A DNA stretch of 63,748 nt, counting the filler, from Reclinomonas americana ATCC 50394 (taxonomy: Eukaryota), in NCBI GenBank assembly GCA_048213135.1. It is 4 parts of 3 records of this genome, joined end to end, with 100 filler letters (N's around TTAATTAATTAA, not from the genome) between each part and the next. Parts side by side here need not be neighbours in the genome. Positions count along the whole stretch, not along the records: positions 57,542 to 63,748 come from PS015490.1; 3 more parts are not named here. One strand, 5' to 3'. The translations under genes were made by a program, and so were the position numbers. The notes under the pieces were generated by a model that was not told the DNA's origin, ran no database searches, and worked only from the letters and a program-made list of their open reading frames with translations. Shown in pieces: positions 59,650 to 63,748 of the stretch (the stretch's first letter is position 1; each line of letters begins with the position of its first letter).

Positions 59650-62600
59650 ATGTCGACGTTTAGCAGCGAGTTGGACGATGAACCGCGCTTGGCGGCTTTT
59701 GCCGTTGCTTCGTCGTCGGTGACCGACATTGATGAGGAGGAAGATGACGTGGATGACGTGGATGATGATGATGATGGGGAGGAGGAGGAGGAGGATGACG
59801 TCAGTGGAGTGGAGGGAGAGGGTAAACGGCGGAGGCGGAGGAGGAGAAGAGGTGTGTGTGTGGCGATTCGGTTGCGCCTTGTGTGTGTGTATGTGTGTGC
59901 GTGTGTCTCTCCCTTCTGTGTTGTTACTGTAGTCACTCGGCGTCGCTCACTGAGTGTCTTCATGTCTCTCTCTCTCTCTCTCTCTCTNNNNNNNNNNNNN
60001 NNNNNNNCCTCCTACCCCCTCCCCTCCTCTCTCCTCCCTCCTCTCTCTCTCTCTCTCTCTCTCCAACTCTCTCTCATTGTGAAGTAATCGTGTCCGTTTG
60101 TGATTGTTGACTCGTCTTCTTGCGCTGCTCATGATGTGAGTGCGCTGCCTCTATGTGAGAGAGCGTGTGTGCTACGTGTCATGGCTGTGCAGACGTGCTG
60201 CTGATCTCATATTCGTATTTGATCAACTCTTCCACTCCTGTCTTCCCTCAGTGCCTCCCTCCATAGCTTTCATTCACCCACTCTTTCATTATCTTTTCGC
60301 TCGTTTGCCTTCCCCTTCTCAGTCACTCAATCCTTTCCCCAAACATCTTCCAGCCTCCGCCGATGGAGTCTCCGACGCTCGACACCTTCGCCGCGGCTCT
60401 GGAGCATCGCGCGCCAGCAACGGCTTTGCCTTCCATGGACCGGGCACAGCCGCTGGAGCCGCCTCGGCTGCAGGCGCAGCAGCAGGGAGCGAGGCTGTAG
60501 TAGGAGCCGGCGGTGTTGTCGGTCGCGGCGCAGGTAATGGCAAGGCGGTGCAGTGGGGCAAGGAGCCGGTGTTTATGAAGCCGCGTGCGGCGCTCTCCGA
60601 CGAAGGCGATTCGTCGAGTGTGGGAGGCGCGGCGGCTGGGGCGCAGGATACAGACGATTTTGAGGCGGATATGGCGGCCGGCAGCAGCAATATTCTGGTG
60701 GCCGTGCGTGTGCGCCCGATGTTGGGGCGGGAGAAGAATATGCGACCGCTGACCAGGGTGCTGGAGGGCAAGGTGGGTGCAAGGGAGGAAAGGAGGGGGA
60801 AAGGATAAGTGACAGCAGGGATGAGGGTGAACGTGAGGGAGAGAAAGACAGAAGAGTGAGAGTGAGCCTCACAAGCAGTGCAGGTGACAATGTGCTCCAA
60901 TTGCTCACTTGTGTCTGCCTCTCGCCATCTCCTCTTTCCTTTCGGTCTCTCGCTCCGCAGTTTCATCTATGTCCATTTTCCTCACATCTTCCTCAATCGG
61001 TCTGCTTTCTCTTCTTCTTTCGCTCTCCTCAAAAGTCTACCTGCATGTGTTTCTCTTCTATGTCCTTCTCATTTTCTTGCTTCATACGTCTCCTCCCTTT
61101 CGGTATGTCTTCCACTCTGTGCCTTCGCCCCTCCTTGTCAGCTTCTCTGCCTCCTTCTCTTTTTGCCCTCATCGTGTCGTCTCCGTTGTCTTCTTCCATC
61201 TCCATCACTCTTCGTTTCGCTCTTCCTGCCCGTCGTCTGCTTATTCCTTTCCTACTTCCTCTCTGCCTTCTTCCCATCCACTTTCTCCTCTGCCTTGTCC
61301 TCTGCCTTCTTCTCCTCTGTCTTCTCCTCTATCTTCTTCTTCTCTGCCGTCTCCTCTGCCTTCTCTTTTGCCTTGTCTTCTTCCTTCTCATCTGCCTTCT
61401 CCTCTGCCTTCTCCTCTGCCTTCTCCTCTGCCTTCTCCTCTGCCTTCTCCTCTGCCTTCTCCTCTGCCTTCTCCTCTGCCTTCTCCTCTGCCTTCTCCTC
61501 TGCCTTCTCCTCTGCCTTCTCCTCTGCCTTCTCCTCTGCCTTCTCCTCTGCCTTCTCCTCTGACTTCTCCTCTGCCTTCCCCTCTGACTTCTCCTCTGCC
61601 TTCCCCTCTGCCTTCCCCTCTGCCTTCTCCTCTGCCTTCTCCTCTGCCTTCTCCTCTGCCTTCCCTTTGCCCTCTCCTCCCCCTCCTCCTCTGCCTTCTT
61701 CGATGCCCTATCCTCTCCCCTCCCCTCTCCCCTCCTCCCTCCTTTCCCTCTTTCCCCTTCCCTCATCAACCTTCCCCCTCCCTCCCCTCCCCCTTCCCTT
61801 CCCTCACCACCCTCCCCCACAGGTCATCATCCTCATGGACCCCGGAGTGCCAGAGAACGACTTCCTGCGCAAGGAACGCTCACGGGAGAAGCAATTCGCC
61901 TTTGACCACGTCTTTGACACGTCGACGGAGCAGGCCATGGTCTACAACAAGACCTGCCGCTTCCTCGTGGCTGGCGTTATGCGTGGCTACAACGCCACGG
62001 TGTTTGCATACGGTGCCACAGGCAGTGGCAAGACGCACACCATGCTTGGCGAGCCGGAGAACCCCGGCTGCAATGTGTTTACGCTGCGCGATCTGTTTGC
62101 GCAAATACGGCAGGATACGGTGTACAAGTACCGCGTGACGCTGTCGTATCTGGAGGTTTGTGTGCGACAGCAGCATCCCCCAAATTTTCTCTCTCCGTGC
62201 CTGTTTGCTTCACTCTTCTCTCTGTCTTTCTCTTGCTCCGCGTGTGTACCATTATCGTTCTCACCCTATGTGCCACTTCTTCACACTCACAGTTGTTCTA
62301 GTCACATATTCAAATCTCTCTCTCTCTCTCTCTTTCCTGTTCTCTCCCACTCTCACTTTCTCTGTCCCCTTCTCTCTCCCCTTCTCTCTCCCTCTCTCTC
62401 TCTCTTCCATTCTCTCCCTTCTCTTCCCTCTTTTATCTCACTCTCCTCCTTTCCCCTCTATCAGGTGTACAACGAGACCATTCGCGACCTGCTGGTTGCT
62501 GACTCACCCGAGCTGGAGCTCCGCGAGGACCCATCCAAGGGCATTGTGGTGGCCGGCTTGTCGGAGTTGGAAACATTTAGTGCGGACGAGGTGCTGGAGA

Positions 62601-63748
62601 AACTGCACGAGGGCTCCAAGAGGAGATCGCAGGAGCCGACCGACGCCAATCCCGTCTCGTCGCGCTCGCATGCCGTGCTGCAGGTTGGCAAATTCTCACA
62701 GTGTAGGAGCTCCTGTCTTTATTTTTTGCTCACAAGAGCGCTGCATCAGGTGGTCGTCGAATCTGAAGACCGCGCCGGTGACCGTGTCGCGCGTGTGCGT
62801 GTCGGCAAGTTGTCGATGGTGGATTTGGCTGGCTCCGAGCGTGCCTCGCACACGAATGTTGCGCTCTTGCTCTTTGTTTCGCAATCGTCCATCCAGCTTA
62901 TTGTGCATCTACGCAAACAGAATACCGGTATTCGCATGCTGGAGGGTGCCAAGATCAATCGCTCACTTCTGGCTCTCGGCAACTGCATCAATGCACTGGG
63001 CGAGAAGCGCGGCCAGGTCGCTCACATTCCATACCGTGACTCGAAGCTCACAAGATTGCTCAAGGTCAGTCAGTGAGTTTTTTTGGTGTGCGTTACCCCC
63101 CTCTGTCTCATGTCGACCTGCAGGATTCACTGGGAGGCAACTGCCGCACTGTGATGATTGCCGCAATCAGTCCCTCCGAGCACTTGTGGGAGGAGACCCT
63201 TAACACGCTCAAGTACGCCAACAGAGCGAAGAACATCAAGACCAAGGTGATGCTTGCGCCTCTGCTCTGCTTTTTCCAATCTCTCTTCTAAATCATTCAT
63301 CACCCCCAGGTCACTCGTAACGTGTTGCAAGTGGAGCACCACGTCGCCGAGTACGTGCGCATCATTGCCGACTTGCGTGGTCAAGTCAAGAACTTGCGGT
63401 ACCAGCTGGCGGCAAATGGTGAGTTGGCGACTGGCGCCAGTTAGTGTCGCCTCTGTTATATTTCACATTCTCACTCATACACACGCAGCTGGTCATCCAG
63501 AGCCACTCCAGCGCAAGGCTCTCACCTCACAAGCCGAATTCTATGCCTCCAAGGTTTAGCACTCGAAAATTGTTTCCTTCCCTCTTCCTTTCTCTCGCAA
63601 CACTCACGCATGGTCATTCTCCCCGATGCATACAGCTGCGCGAAAACTTTGAGTCGCGCCTTTACTTGCACCAGTCGCTACAGGACACAAGCTTGGACAG
63701 GTACGGAGCGGGAGCCATTGCGCGCAACAGTTTGCATATCACTAAGAA
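59650..63748 (+). CDS. Kinesin-8 family motor (KIF18/KIF19-like); 3' end beyond window
   Basis: [77 protein letters not shown] and [14 protein letters not shown]. Confidence 0.93.
61391..61660. repeat. Intronic 12-bp minisatellite (TCTGCCTTCTCC)n, about 22 copies
   Basis: Directly visible tandem array with degenerate flanks, inside kinesin intron 60773-61822. Confidence 0.95.

Noticed and set aside
60856..62138. Long ORFs with SSAF, LPSP, LLCL and RRQR repeats
   Set aside because: Products of the stop-free 12-bp minisatellite inside kinesin intron 60773-61822. Splicing K|VIILMDP restores the motor domain.

Overview
Gene-dense, GC-rich genomic DNA from a unicellular eukaryote. Most introns are short (55-100 nt) GT-AG spliceosomal introns, the standard genetic code is used, and there are microsatellite-flanked N gaps plus three artificial TTAATTAATTAA scaffold linkers. 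Recognisable genes are RNA polymerase III largest subunit (RPC1), a USP40-like deubiquitinase, TTLL12, kynurenine 3-monooxygenase, an FtsX-type permease, a GSK3/shaggy kinase, an arrestin-domain protein, tRNA-Arg(CCT), organellar IleRS, a 3-ketoacyl-CoA reductase, ADF/cofilin, a CTLH-WD40 protein, an RRM-TGS1-like methyltransferase, a PWI-domain protein and kinesin-8. Three observations stand out. (1) A U1 snRNA gene at 34061-34214 has a complete U1 fold, but its 5' end reads AUACGUAACUUG instead of AUACUUACCUG. (2) About 35 introns in the window start with GTTGCG(T)-type donors, which that altered U1 end complements. None of the ones I reconstructed has G at -1, whereas the conventional donors mostly do. 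This suggests a co-adapted variant U1/donor system. (3) RPC1 carries an insertion of about 220 aa encoded by 23 consecutive symmetric phase-1 microexons, 11 of them exactly 21 nt. Gene models were assembled by eye, without RNA data or database searches.
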